Positions 18,929 through 28,412 of a DNA stretch of 64,000 bases are shown piece after piece. The notes beneath the pieces were generated by a model. It saw nothing but the letters and a program-made list of their open reading frames with translations, made no database searches and had not been told where the DNA came from. Source of the stretch: a virus. Its lineage: Duplodnaviria; Heunggongvirae; Uroviricota; Caudoviricetes. Each line of letters begins with the position of its first letter. Position 1 is the stretch's first letter. The DNA is taken from positions 48,524 to 112,523 of IMG/VR virus record IMGVR_UViG_3300009175_000009; one strand, given 5' to 3'. The translations under genes and the position numbers were made by a program.

Positions 18929-19176
18929 TACCAACAGCCGAAGAGAATCCTAACGGACTTCACCAGCGGTATAAGGTCACCAAGGCCGATGGTACGACGT
19001 GCGACCCGAACGCCGTGTACTTCGTACTGCGTCTGGACAGTGGTGGCAGCATAGGCCACATCGCCTCGTGCCGCGAGGCTGCTGTGGCCTATGCTGCCGC
19101 AAGCCAGCACTACCCAGACCTGAAGGACGTCGGTATCGAGCTTCTACGGCTGGTGCATAAACTGGAGACCGCGTGA
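18925..19176 (+). CDS. hypothetical protein
   Basis: ORF, ATGA overlap. Confidence 0.45.
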   Translation: MIPTAEENPNGLHQRYKVTKADGTTCDPNAVYFVLRLDSGGSIGHIASCREAAVAYAAASQHYPDLKDVGIELLRLVHKLETA

Positions 19177-19790
19177 CCGAACGCCGCCGCATTAAAACTA
19201 CCGACTGGCGTGAGGTGATCACTCCCGAACGCAGACTGATCATGGGTATCGATCCCGGCATGAACGGTGGCTTGGCTGTCACCGAGACCGGACCCAACGC
19301 GATCATGTTGGTCAAGCGGATGCCCGAAGGGAACGACGAACTGTGGGCTTGGCTGCGGCAGCATATCGCGGATCCAAGCAACGTCAGCGTCTACATCGAG
19401 GCCGTGCATGCCTATGCGATGGGCGTGGCTGGGGCATTCAAGTTTGGCGTAGGTTACGGGCGACTTCTGGCGTTCATGACAGCTCTGGATATCATCCCGG
19501 TTAAGGTGCAGCCCGCCACTTGGCAGCGGGCCATGAACATCCCGACGACCCGCAAGCCAGTGCCCGTGGACTTCCGCAAGCAGGACGGCAGCACACGGAC
19601 GACCAAGGCGGTCAAAGCACTGCTCCAGGCTGAACACAAAGAGGATATCCGCAAGCGGGCTCAGGAACTGATGCCCGATCTGGACGTGTGGCAGAAGACG
19701 AAGAAGGAGCAAATGGCGGTATGCGACGCCCTGCTGATCACATACTATGGCGTGGTGACGAATGGCGGAATCAATTCAGCCGCGATGTGA
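19173..19790 (+). CDS. ruvC: RuvC-family Holliday junction resolvase
   Basis: IMGIDPGMNGGLAV (RuvC motif ILGIDPG) and C-terminal DALLITYYG (DAADALAIA); 20-aa N-terminal extension MTERRRIKTT carries the Arg tag. Confidence 0.65.
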   Translation: MTERRRIKTTDWREVITPERRLIMGIDPGMNGGLAVTETGPNAIMLVKRMPEGNDELWAWLRQHIADPSNVSVYIEAVHAYAMGVAGAFKFGVGYGRLLAFMTALDIIPVKVQPATWQRAMNIPTTRKPVPVDFRKQDGSTRTTKAVKALLQAEHKEDIRKRAQELMPDLDVWQKTKKEQMAVCDALLITYYGVVTNGGINSAAM

Positions 19791-19799
19791 ACGGTGCGG

Positions 19800-19807
19800 G
19801 TGTCTGT
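19800..19807 (+). promoter_or_regulatory. GTGTCTGT + TAGTAC motif (variant) followed by hairpin CGGGTGgacagCACCCG
   Basis: 130 nt upstream of sbcD. Confidence 0.3.
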
Positions 19808-19937
19808 TAGTACGGGTGGACAGCACCCGATACAACAAGTATCGTGAATGTATCCGCCACCTGAACACGCCCGAACTATGCGAAGGAACTGACGGCTACA
19901 TCACAAGCCCGTTCCGCTACGGAGTTAAGGAACCATC

Positions 19938-21008
19938 ATGAACTTACTGATAGCCAGCGACCTGCACGAGACCGATAACCTGCGAGACGCCTATCGATTG
20001 AGAATCTTTGAGTGGCTGGCGGGTGAGGCGACGCGGCGGCACGTGAACTATATCATAATCCTTGGGGATTTGACGGAATCCAAGGATCGACACTCTTCGG
20101 CCCTGGCGAACGCTATTGCCGATGGGCTGAAACTCCTCGACGACGCCGCTCCGACTATCGTTCTGATGGGCAACCACGATTACGTGAACCCCGACGTGCC
20201 CTACTTCCGTTGGCTGCGGCATACGGGCGTGGAGTTCTTTCTGGAGCCTACCAAGCGCACCCTCGGCGAGTCCAAGTGCCTGTTCCTGCCTCACACGCGG
20301 GCTGTGCGGCAGTACGCCGAAGGCTACAGGATGTCCGACTTCGACTACATATTCGCCCACCAGACATTCCACGGGGCCAGTATCGGCGGCGGGAAGCGTT
20401 TAGATGGCCTGCCGACTTCGACGTTCTCGGGTACGCGGGCGAGGGTATACTGCGGGGACGTTCATGTTCCGCAGCGGCTGGCGAACATCGAGTATGTCGG
20501 GGCACCGTACCACGTTGACTTCGGCGATGAATACATACCGCGGGTGATCTTCGACAGTGGTCGGGACTACGAGGATATCAACCCGCCGTTCCCGGCCAAG
20601 CGGAAGCTGGTCATCGATGGCACCGACCGGCTTACCGATATGCGGGTGAACCCCGGCGACATGATCAAGATCGAGGTGCGGCTGAAGCGGGCCGAGTTTG
20701 ACACCTGGAACGAGTGCCGCCGGCGGGTGCAGGAGTTTGCCGAACGCCAAAGGGCCGTGCTGTGCGGGTGCAGGCTCGTGGAACGCGATGTTCACCACAT
20801 GAGCCCGATGGACTTGGCCGCCCGGCGTCTGCCGCCCGGTGACCTGTTCAATCACTACTGCGCCAGCAACGCCGACCAGATCAGCGACGACCTGAAGGCA
20901 GCGGGCAAGGCGTGCTTGGCCGGCCCGCAGTTTCCACGGGCCAACCCGGAGGAAACCGTAGGCCGGCAATTGACGCGGCGACGTCTAGAATCATCTGTGT
21001 CTGAATGA
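19938..21008 (+). CDS. sbcD: SbcD/Mre11-family nuclease (calcineurin-like phosphoesterase)
   Basis: phosphoesterase motifs ASDLHETD, ILGDLTE, GNHDY. Confidence 0.8.
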   Translation: MNLLIASDLHETDNLRDAYRLRIFEWLAGEATRRHVNYIIILGDLTESKDRHSSALANAIADGLKLLDDAAPTIVLMGNHDYVNPDVPYFRWLRHTGVEFFLEPTKRTLGESKCLFLPHTRAVRQYAEGYRMSDFDYIFAHQTFHGASIGGGKRLDGLPTSTFSGTRARVYCGDVHVPQRLANIEYVGAPYHVDFGDEYIPRVIFDSGRDYEDINPPFPAKRKLVIDGTDRLTDMRVNPGDMIKIEVRLKRAEFDTWNECRRRVQEFAERQRAVLCGCRLVERDVHHMSPMDLAARRLPPGDLFNHYCASNADQISDDLKAAGKACLAGPQFPRANPEETVGRQLTRRRLESSVSE

Positions 21009-21112
21009 TCAGCCGGGCGTAACGTAACGCGAGGCACACCAGACCCAAGGAGATCATTACGCGTTCCTATCAGTCCCCCAGACGCCTCGACGGCAATGCC
21101 AAGCTGGGCATC

Positions 21113-21472
21113 GTGGTTATTATCGCAGCCCTAATTCTCATCCCGTCCTGTGCCGCCATCAAGCTAGGCGGCGGTTTCATGCCCGAGTATTCGGATGGTT
21201 CGCGTACAGGCGAGCTTTACAAGATCAGTAATAAGGGCGTGATCTGGAAGTCCTGGGAGGGCGAACTGAAGCTGTCCGACTTCAACTTGCGGAAGTCCGG
21301 CGAGGACAAGGGCACGAATGTGTTCGAGTTCTCCAGCCGCGACGACGGCATCGGCCAGCAACTGGAAGCCCTGGACGGACACAAGGTCAAGATTCATTAT
21401 CACCAGTACATGATTGCACCGGCCCAGCAGGGATCGCAGTACACTGTGGACAAGGTAGAACGGTTGGATTAA
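21113..21472 (+). CDS. secreted/lipoprotein-like small protein
   Basis: N-terminal hydrophobic signal IIAALILIPSCAA. Confidence 0.45.
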   Translation: MVIIAALILIPSCAAIKLGGGFMPEYSDGSRTGELYKISNKGVIWKSWEGELKLSDFNLRKSGEDKGTNVFEFSSRDDGIGQQLEALDGHKVKIHYHQYMIAPAQQGSQYTVDKVERLD

Positions 21473-21474
21473 TC

Positions 21475-21837
21475 ATGCCCAGGGGAATGTGCGACGGAGA
21501 GCAGCATGTAGTTGACGCCGCAACAGTGGTGGCGTGGTCGAGGCATCGCCAGTTTGCCTGTGCCCTGTGCGGGCATGACTTCGTGGAGGGCGATGTACTG
21601 CGGTTCATCATGACCAATACGCCGCAGTGTTGCCAGCTTGGCGTTCCGGGCGGCAACCCGTTCGTTTGCCTGGAGTGTGATGGGACGAATGATGAAGTGT
21701 ACGCCAAGCTGATTGCTGGTGAGACGGCCTGGCAGGAAATCAAGAAGAAGTACTGGTGGTTTCTACAGGACGTGATTGCCGAGGGCAACGCGGCTGGCTA
21801 CAATGAAGCCGCCCGCGACTATCGGCGTGGCGGCTGA
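21475..21837 (+). CDS. hypothetical Cys-rich protein
   Basis: CALCGHD…CLECDG motifs. Confidence 0.45.
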   Translation: MPRGMCDGEQHVVDAATVVAWSRHRQFACALCGHDFVEGDVLRFIMTNTPQCCQLGVPGGNPFVCLECDGTNDEVYAKLIAGETAWQEIKKKYWWFLQDVIAEGNAAGYNEAARDYRRGG

Positions 21838-21850
21838 CGCGGACAGCCAA

Positions 21851-21858
21851 GTGTCTGG
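21851..21858 (+). promoter_or_regulatory. GTGTCTGG + ATAGCATAAG motif
   Basis: upstream of ATG 21892. Confidence 0.4.
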
Positions 21859-21891
21859 ATAGCATAAGAAATAACCTGTAAGGTGTCGGCA

Positions 21892-22140
21892 ATGGGAACA
21901 AGTAGACGGGCACCAGCCAACGAGATCAACAGCATCAAGCGGCAGTGCATGAAGCTGCCCGGATTCTCTAATTACGATATTACGCGGTACGCCAACGGTC
22001 GGTATTGGGTTTATGTCGCGTGGAGCGACGGCTTGAAGGATCAAGGGTTCATGGCCGATACCGAACTTCAGGCGTGGCGTGGGTTAAAGGCTAAGCTCGA
22101 TGAACTGGACGCGATAGCAAAGAGACTGAAGTCATGCTGA
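21892..22140 (+). CDS. hypothetical protein
   Basis: ATG 21892 downstream of the GTGTCTGG motif. Confidence 0.4.
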   Translation: MGTSRRAPANEINSIKRQCMKLPGFSNYDITRYANGRYWVYVAWSDGLKDQGFMADTELQAWRGLKAKLDELDAIAKRLKSC

Positions 22141-22478
22141 TCGACTGGGAGGTGGGACATGCATTCGACGACAACGACAATGTCGTCCCTATTCCTGCTG
22201 AATGGCGACGCGGCGTGCGGGACAAAACTACCCGTCAGCAGGTCGACGTGCTTCGTTACGACACCGTGACGCATTTGCTTGCCCGCCCGGCGAAGAATCG
22301 AAACGGTAACATCGTGGGCGGGCCTCCGATCACCGAGGAACGGGAACTGGAACCAATACCGCCGATGACGAATTCATCCGGTTTGCGTCCAGGGAACATG
22401 ACCCCGTTTCGGAATGTTGGTAACACGATTAGTGGAGTTTCCGACATCCGTCGCATACTAGGGAGGCGCGGGCTGTGA
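22134..22478 (+). CDS. hypothetical protein
   Basis: ORF. Confidence 0.4.
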   Translation: MLIDWEVGHAFDDNDNVVPIPAEWRRGVRDKTTRQQVDVLRYDTVTHLLARPAKNRNGNIVGGPPITEERELEPIPPMTNSSGLRPGNMTPFRNVGNTISGVSDIRRILGRRGL

Positions 22479-22780
22479 TTGTAACACACACCACCGACCT
22501 GAGATGCATCAGTCCCATCAACGATGACGTTGACTGCTACGAGGTGGACATCACCCTCACCAGAGAAATCATGGTTGAGGAGATTCGCAAGGTGTTGAAG
22601 TTATACACGAGCAAGAAGGCAACGCAGGAGGAGGTTACCGAGAACCTCGCCAGTTACCTGGGATCCAAGGTTACGACGCGTGGGCAGCACAGCGAGTTCC
22701 ACACGGTCTGCACCGTCGATCATTTGCCCGTACCGCCATGCGTAAGGCCGGGCATGGGATTAGGGAGTAACGAAGAATGA
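22475..22780 (+). CDS. hypothetical protein
   Basis: ORF. Confidence 0.4.
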   Translation: MIVTHTTDLRCISPINDDVDCYEVDITLTREIMVEEIRKVLKLYTSKKATQEEVTENLASYLGSKVTTRGQHSEFHTVCTVDHLPVPPCVRPGMGLGSNEE

Positions 22781-23223
22781 CAGGGAAGCTGATCTACCTA
22801 TCGTCGCCGTACACGCACAAGGACGCTGATGTGAGGCGACGGCGGTTTGAGATCGTGACGCACTGCGCATCGATTCTGAAGCGGGCCGGGTGCTTCGTGT
22901 TCGCACCTATCGTGCATGCTCACCCAATTGCTGTGGCCCACGGGCTGCCTCTGGACTGGGAATACTGGAAGCGGTTCGACCACATGATGCTGGAACGTAG
23001 CCAGGCGATGCTGATCACGGAGATCGAGGGATGGCAGGAATCGGTCGGTCTGCGAGAGGAGCGACTCTTCGCTGCGGAACTGGGCCTGCCGATAGGTTAC
23101 CTGCCCGAACCTGAGAACGACTTGCTGGTGACGCATTACGTTCGCAAGGCAGGATTAATCAGCATGGATATGACCGGCGTGGCCTGGGGAGATTCCACAA
23201 CTTACGTCGAGAGGCAAGTATGA
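22777..23223 (+). CDS. nucleoside 2-deoxyribosyltransferase-like protein (DUF4406/YtoQ-like)
   Basis: N-terminal KLIYLSSPYTHKD…D and FAPIVH pattern typical of the NDT superfamily. Confidence 0.45.
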   Translation: MTGKLIYLSSPYTHKDADVRRRRFEIVTHCASILKRAGCFVFAPIVHAHPIAVAHGLPLDWEYWKRFDHMMLERSQAMLITEIEGWQESVGLREERLFAAELGLPIGYLPEPENDLLVTHYVRKAGLISMDMTGVAWGDSTTYVERQV

Positions 23224-23444
23224 TCATCGGCGACGGCACAGCACCTTCGGGTTTCCCATCGTACCGGGCCTGCAAGCTGGATGACGGCAGCACCGGCGTG
23301 CAGTGCATGTATCTAGGCTGTGGCCACAAGGGCTATATCGGTCATCCTGGCAACATGCCGTGCCAGCCTGCGTGCATGTGCCCGTGCTGCCGCTGCCTGC
23401 ACGGTGAAACCATGTTTGGCGTGAACATCGGAGGCAAACGATGA
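23220..23444 (+). CDS. small Cys-rich protein
   Basis: ORF; 10 Cys in 74 aa. Confidence 0.35.
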   Translation: MIIGDGTAPSGFPSYRACKLDDGSTGVQCMYLGCGHKGYIGHPGNMPCQPACMCPCCRCLHGETMFGVNIGGKR

Positions 23445-23794
23445 ATACCTTGGTCATCACGCAGGAGTTCGGCAACGATCCACTACGGGAGGGCAAACCA
23501 GCGGTCATTGAACTGCCGATAGGACACTATCGTGTATGGCGTGGTGCGGTGAAGCCCGGCGATCTGTACCTGAACTGGGACGTGTGGTGTGCGAGCCGCG
23601 GAACGTCCGAATACTGGATCGCCGTGGATGATCTAACGTCCAACGCTGACGGCTACGAGTGTCTGATAAGGCGTGGAGTTTCTGTAGACGAGACCTGTGT
23701 TCGATGTGGGTGCGTGAACGCCGTGTTTTACTCCCACACATGTAGTTTTTGCCGCGAAATCATTATGGCCGAATCGACCCGGAGTAGCCGCTGA
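23441..23794 (+). CDS. hypothetical protein
   Basis: ORF. Confidence 0.4.
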   Translation: MNTLVITQEFGNDPLREGKPAVIELPIGHYRVWRGAVKPGDLYLNWDVWCASRGTSEYWIAVDDLTSNADGYECLIRRGVSVDETCVRCGCVNAVFYSHTCSFCREIIMAESTRSSR

Positions 23795-24159
23795 TGTTCC
23801 TGCACCTGTCCCGCTACGATTTGCTGACGACGCTTGCGGCCCTGCAACAAGCCCGAGCTTATCGGCGACACTCGAAGCGATACGTCCGGAAGGATCTCGC
23901 CGCTGGCAAGACCAGCGAGGAGGTGGCTGCGGGTAGGATTGCTCATGCTGATCTTATTGCGGCCCGCTACACCGAATTGGCTGTCCGCATCGTAGAACTT
24001 CTGGATGCCGGCGACCAGGCGAAGATCAGCAAAGCACGCAAGACCCGCCGCCAGGAGTCGAAGGATGCTGTCGAGAAGGTCAAAGACCCACAGTCGCCTG
24101 CCCGGCATGCTTTGCATAAGCTGATAGCAGCCCGGCGAGAGAAGAAAGACCAATCATGA
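23794..24159 (+). CDS. hypothetical protein
   Basis: ORF. Confidence 0.4.
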   Translation: MFLHLSRYDLLTTLAALQQARAYRRHSKRYVRKDLAAGKTSEEVAAGRIAHADLIAARYTELAVRIVELLDAGDQAKISKARKTRRQESKDAVEKVKDPQSPARHALHKLIAARREKKDQS

Positions 24160-24452
24160 CGAACTACGTTACAGCCGAGGTGGCCGCCTATATTCTGGAC
24201 GCACTTGGGTGCGGCCAAGACCCGATCTACTATCGGGGTAAGGAATATCAGGTTGGCGACTTTTGCAACGAGACACCGTTCTTCGATCACAACGGCTGCT
24301 CGCCTCCGGCAACCCGACTGAGAATCGAGTTCTTCGCCAAGCGGTCCTGGGTTAAGGGCACGCTGGCTGATATGGTGCTGGAACGTATGGGTGAACGGCA
24401 TCGGGCAGTGCGAACTGGTAATCCGGAACAGAAAAAGCGGGGCAGATCATGA
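24156..24452 (+). CDS. hypothetical protein
   Basis: ORF. Confidence 0.4.
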   Translation: MTNYVTAEVAAYILDALGCGQDPIYYRGKEYQVGDFCNETPFFDHNGCSPPATRLRIEFFAKRSWVKGTLADMVLERMGERHRAVRTGNPEQKKRGRS

Positions 24453-24745
24453 AGATCAGCGTTGATTCTAGCAAACGAACCAGCGTGGTCACCTTGACCA
24501 TGACTCTGTCGCAGTTGAACACCATCCGTTACGCTCTGGCTGAGGGAGTGGGTAAGCTCGCGAGCCATGCCAGCTACATGCGAATCATGGCCAAGCACGG
24601 CGACGTGATCGCCAAGAAGATGACGAAGGACGTGACCCGCATAGCGAAGGAATCCAAGCTGGCTAGTGAGGCTCTGGAGAATGTGACTCGGAAGTGGGCT
24701 ACAGGCTGGATTGAGGAACGCCGAGGTGGGAAAAAGAAATCATGA
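24449..24745 (+). CDS. hypothetical protein
   Basis: ORF. Confidence 0.4.
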   Translation: MKISVDSSKRTSVVTLTMTLSQLNTIRYALAEGVGKLASHASYMRIMAKHGDVIAKKMTKDVTRIAKESKLASEALENVTRKWATGWIEERRGGKKKS

Positions 24746-24981
24746 CTACGTTCAGTGTAGGCGAAGAAGTCCTATGCGATCCCGCGGAACATCGTGGGCT
24801 ACATGGCGTTATCGATGAGTGCGGACCTAGCGGTAAAACTTATGTAGTAAAAACCGATAGTGGGAAGAATGTATCGTTCATGTGGTGTAGCCTACAACGA
24901 GGTAATACATGGGACGTCGAGCTTGGTTTACGAAACCAGGCCGAGGAGGACGCCGCATACGCGGCTGAGGTGAAATCATGA
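24742..24981 (+). CDS. hypothetical protein
   Basis: ORF. Confidence 0.4.
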   Translation: MTTFSVGEEVLCDPAEHRGLHGVIDECGPSGKTYVVKTDSGKNVSFMWCSLQRGNTWDVELGLRNQAEEDAAYAAEVKS

Positions 24982-25277
24982 ATGAAGACGAACGCATTGC
25001 TTTCCTGCGTGGCCGGTCGAACCAGGACATGGCTCTGGAGGAGCTACGCAGCGTCTGGGAGAAAACAGATGATGCTGTGCAGGACTTCCTATTTAACTGG
25101 CTGGCTACCGAGGACGTGGAATCAGTACGCCGGCGGTTCACGGAGTTCCCCGACCAGGCAATTAGGTTCTTTCAGCAGGCGGCTGCATGCGGCATACGTG
25201 AGGCCGTGCTACTGCACGCGTCTGCGGGTGGAGATGACGACGATAACGAAATAAACTACCGCGACGGTAGTGGTTGA
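24978..25277 (+). CDS. hypothetical protein
   Basis: ORF. Confidence 0.4.
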   Translation: MNEDERIAFLRGRSNQDMALEELRSVWEKTDDAVQDFLFNWLATEDVESVRRRFTEFPDQAIRFFQQAAACGIREAVLLHASAGGDDDDNEINYRDGSG

Positions 25278-25323
25278 TTGAACGCCGGCGGCAGTCGGTC
25301 TATACTAACTTGTGGAGGTCATC

Positions 25324-25659
25324 ATGAAGTGGTTTGCTGGTTTGATTTGTGCCATGATGCTGCTTTGCGGAACGGCGAATGCGGCGTGGCAAGAGGTGTG
25401 GGACGAGACGACATACAACGTCACCGTCTATCCGGCCCCGGTGTGGGTGGAATCAACGTATGAGATCACCGTGGTTCCTGCTCCCGAGTGGCGGAAGTGC
25501 GGCGAGTGCGGTGTCTGGCATCAGGTACAGCCGCCGTCCCGTATCGAGCAGCGAAACTGCAAGAAGCAAGTTCAGCCGCCGTCTTACATCGAGCAACGTC
25601 ACGGATATACCCGCCGCGTGGTGTGGGTGGACGACCCGATCATCTACCGCACGTGGTAG
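25324..25659 (+). CDS. secreted protein with internal peptide repeats
   Basis: signal peptide MKWFAGLICAMMLLCGTANA; repeats VQPPSRIEQRNCKKQVQPPSYIEQRHG. Confidence 0.5.
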   Translation: MKWFAGLICAMMLLCGTANAAWQEVWDETTYNVTVYPAPVWVESTYEITVVPAPEWRKCGECGVWHQVQPPSRIEQRNCKKQVQPPSYIEQRHGYTRRVVWVDDPIIYRTW

Positions 25660-25674
25660 TCGGTTCAAGGAGAA

Positions 25675-27534
25675 ATGATGCATATACAGGAAGTCACCCT
25701 GAAGGGATTCAAGTCGTTCGCCGAGGAAACACGCTGGGTTCTTCCTGAACGTCCCGGATTATACATGATTGGGGGTGACAACACCGTCGCCCCCCAGCTA
25801 CATTCCAACGGTGCGGGCAAGTCTACCCTCGTCGAGTCCATCCCGTGGTGTTTCTATGGCAAGACGTCACGCGGCCTGCGTGGCGGGGAAGTGGCATCGT
25901 GGAACGGGCCGCGATCATCTGCGGTCGAGGTGAAGTACCTGAAGGGCAACCAGCAGCATATCATGCGGCGGTCTACGCAGCCCGGAAGCATCACCCTCGA
26001 CGGCCAGGAAATCGATCAGGACGCAGCGAACCAAGCCATCGGTCTGAACTTCGATTGCTTCAGCTTCGCAGCATTGGTTGGGCAGTTCGCCCGCCACTTC
26101 GTTGACCTGCTACCCGCCGAGAAACTGGCCCTGTTCAGTTTCGTTCTTGGCCTGGACTATTGGCAGGAGTGTGCTGCCCGAGCCAGGGACGCCGCTAACG
26201 CCGCAGCCATCAAGGCGGCGGAGGCCAGCACCAACCAAGCCCAGGTGAAGGGCCGTTACGAGGAGGTGGCCGACCGATTGGCGAGCCTCGACGCCATTAT
26301 CACCCGCAGCCGCCGTCAGCTTGAGGAAGACCGTACACGCCTGGAGGCCGAAGCGACCCAATACGAGGCCGACATAGCCTCTATGCGGCGGGACGTGGCC
26401 TGGATGCGGCGAAAGGTACACATAGCCCAGCGGGCCGTAGACGAGGCCACAGCGGCGAGACGTGAGGCCCAGATACAGGTGGAAGACCTTGTGGCGGCAC
26501 AGGCCGGGGCGTCGGCCAAGGTAACCGCCCAGAAAACCGAGATCATACGCCTGAGCGGCGAGGTAGAACGCCTGAAGCGGGCATTCCCCCGCTGCGTGGA
26601 GTGCGGGCAGGTGGTGTCGCGAGATCATTTCGACACCGAGCTTGCAACGCGGGCGAACAAGGTGGCCGCGGCCAAGACCAAACGGCAGGAACTGGAGACC
26701 GTTGAAACTGAGGCCCGCCGATCCCTCACCGAAATCCGCCAGACGGTGGCGGGGCATGACCGCACGGTCAGTACCCTCCAGCGGTCCCGGCAGGAGATGG
26801 AGACCCAGGTACGCCGCACCGATTCCGCCCGCGAGCAATCCGAGGCCGATCTGCGTCATGTGCGGGCCGATATCGCGAGGCTGGAGGCGACTGCTAGTGC
26901 CAGCGGTGAACGCACCCTGGAATATGAGGAAACTCTGGAGAACATGCGAGCCCTCGGCGAAAGCATGCGGGACTGCCTGTTCGACCTGCGGGTGGCGAAG
27001 CGGAATGAGCGGTTCATGGAGTTCTGGGCCACCCGCGGCTTCAAGAACCTGCGGCTGAGCATCATGGAGGACGCTCTCCGTCAGCTTGAAACGCACGTGA
27101 ACAGCGACGTGGCGACCCTCGGCCTGGACGGATGGAATGTGGAGTTCGTCGTCGAACGCAAAACCAAGGCCGGCACTTTATCCCACGGCATGCAGACCAT
27201 GATCGCACCTCCGGGTTCGGAGATTGCGTCGAAGTGGGAATCATACTGCGGCGGCGAGGTGCAGCGTCTGCGGATAGCGACTACGGTTGGCATGATGAAG
27301 CTGGTCAGCGACTACGCAGGCGTGATGTGCGACTGCGAGATATGGGACGAGCCGACAGCACACCTGAACGTGCAGGGTGTTGCCGACTTGCTGGACTTTC
27401 TACGCACGCGAGCCCGCGTGGAAAACAAACGAATCTTTATCGTCGATCACCGCAGCCTGGACAGCGGGTTGTTTGATGGTGTACTTACCGTGACCCGCGA
27501 CGAAAGCGGATCCCACCTTGGACAATGGATGTAA
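25675..27534 (+). CDS. sbcC: SbcC/Rad50-family ATPase
   Basis: Walker A GAGKST, coiled coil with CxxC zinc hook (CVECGQ), ABC signature GGEVQRLRIA, Walker B IWDEP, FIVDH. Confidence 0.85.
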   Translation: MMHIQEVTLKGFKSFAEETRWVLPERPGLYMIGGDNTVAPQLHSNGAGKSTLVESIPWCFYGKTSRGLRGGEVASWNGPRSSAVEVKYLKGNQQHIMRRSTQPGSITLDGQEIDQDAANQAIGLNFDCFSFAALVGQFARHFVDLLPAEKLALFSFVLGLDYWQECAARARDAANAAAIKAAEASTNQAQVKGRYEEVADRLASLDAIITRSRRQLEEDRTRLEAEATQYEADIASMRRDVAWMRRKVHIAQRAVDEATAARREAQIQVEDLVAAQAGASAKVTAQKTEIIRLSGEVERLKRAFPRCVECGQVVSRDHFDTELATRANKVAAAKTKRQELETVETEARRSLTEIRQTVAGHDRTVSTLQRSRQEMETQVRRTDSAREQSEADLRHVRADIARLEATASASGERTLEYEETLENMRALGESMRDCLFDLRVAKRNERFMEFWATRGFKNLRLSIMEDALRQLETHVNSDVATLGLDGWNVEFVVERKTKAGTLSHGMQTMIAPPGSEIASKWESYCGGEVQRLRIATTVGMMKLVSDYAGVMCDCEIWDEPTAHLNVQGVADLLDFLRTRARVENKRIFIVDHRSLDSGLFDGVLTVTRDESGSHLGQWM

Positions 27535-27538
27535 TATC

Positions 27539-27739
27539 ATGGAAATAGAGTTCACACCGGAAGCCGAAGCCTTCATCGACCACATGTGCGATGCTTACGA
27601 CCTTACACCATCCCTGGTGATTCAGAAGGGCCTGAGCCTCCTGCAAGCATACGTGGTCGGCCATGAACGCGGCGACACGTGGAGCAGTACGACGCCGAAC
27701 GACACGGTCTGCTCTATTCAGGTGCCGGGTATAGGTTAG
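27539..27739 (+). CDS. hypothetical protein
   Basis: ORF; start ambiguous (27518 or 27539). Confidence 0.3.
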   Translation: MEIEFTPEAEAFIDHMCDAYDLTPSLVIQKGLSLLQAYVVGHERGDTWSSTTPNDTVCSIQVPGIG

Positions 27740-27741
27740 TC

Positions 27742-27924
27742 ATGGAACATGTATCGCGGCAGCGGAAGTACCAGATACTGCACCAGCGGGCCGGTCTGTG
27801 CATCAAGTGCCCAGAGAAGGCCGTGGCCGGGCGGTACTGCCAGCGACACCACGACATCGAGCGTCGCCAGCGACGGGTACGCCGGGCGACATGGGTGACG
27901 AGACATGCCGAAGCTGGCGAGTAA
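27742..27924 (+). CDS. small Cys/His-rich protein
   Basis: CIKCPEK…CQRHH. Confidence 0.3.
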   Translation: MEHVSRQRKYQILHQRAGLCIKCPEKAVAGRYCQRHHDIERRQRRVRRATWVTRHAEAGE

Positions 27925-27963
27925 CATCATCAAGCACGACCATGCAAACAGCAATATGTACGG

Positions 27964-28185
27964 TTGCCAACCTTGCCCTGTATGCAAATCACTATATCGA
28001 GCCCCGTACAAGAAGAAAGGCGAGGAACGTCGACTGTGGTCACAAAGAAATCTGTAACGAAGAGGATTCCGATGAGTAGTATCATCGACAACATTCAGAA
28101 GAACTGTCTGAGCTACTGGTATCCCAAGATCGCAGCCGCGGGCCTGACCGAAGCAGTCAGGCGATGGAATAGGAGATCACCATGA
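27964..28185 (+). CDS. hypothetical protein
   Basis: ORF. Confidence 0.3.
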   Translation: MPTLPCMQITISSPVQEERRGTSTVVTKKSVTKRIPMSSIIDNIQKNCLSYWYPKIAAAGLTEAVRRWNRRSP

Positions 28186-28412
28186 AGCCCAGGCCGCAGC
28201 CGCACAAACCCACGAACAGAATTCACAGTGAATCTCTGTGGCCCACCGATCCCCTTGATATGGCTCGGATGGCCAAAACCGATGTTGAGTTTGTTGAAGT
28301 TATGCAGGCCAGCCGGTTTGATTCGGCTGAGCTACGACGCATCGCTCGCGTCGCCCAGGATCGACTGGAATGGGCCGCGTCTAAACTAGGGAGTAAAGGA
28401 AAGCCGAAGTAA
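28182..28412 (+). CDS. hypothetical protein
   Basis: ORF. Confidence 0.35.
   Translation: MKPRPQPHKPTNRIHSESLWPTDPLDMARMAKTDVEFVEVMQASRFDSAELRRIARVAQDRLEWAASKLGSKGKPK

Noticed and set aside
19177-19232. Alternative RuvC start at ATG 19233 (MGIDPG…), which would make the ERRRIKTT segment intergenic
   Set aside because: GTG 19173 overlaps the upstream stop (GTGA coupling), the frame stays open, and 19233 has no RBS. Kept at 19173, but this remains uncertain.
21005-21060. Hairpin/terminator after sbcD
   Set aside because: Only short imperfect complementarity (cgtaa/ttacg); not convincing.
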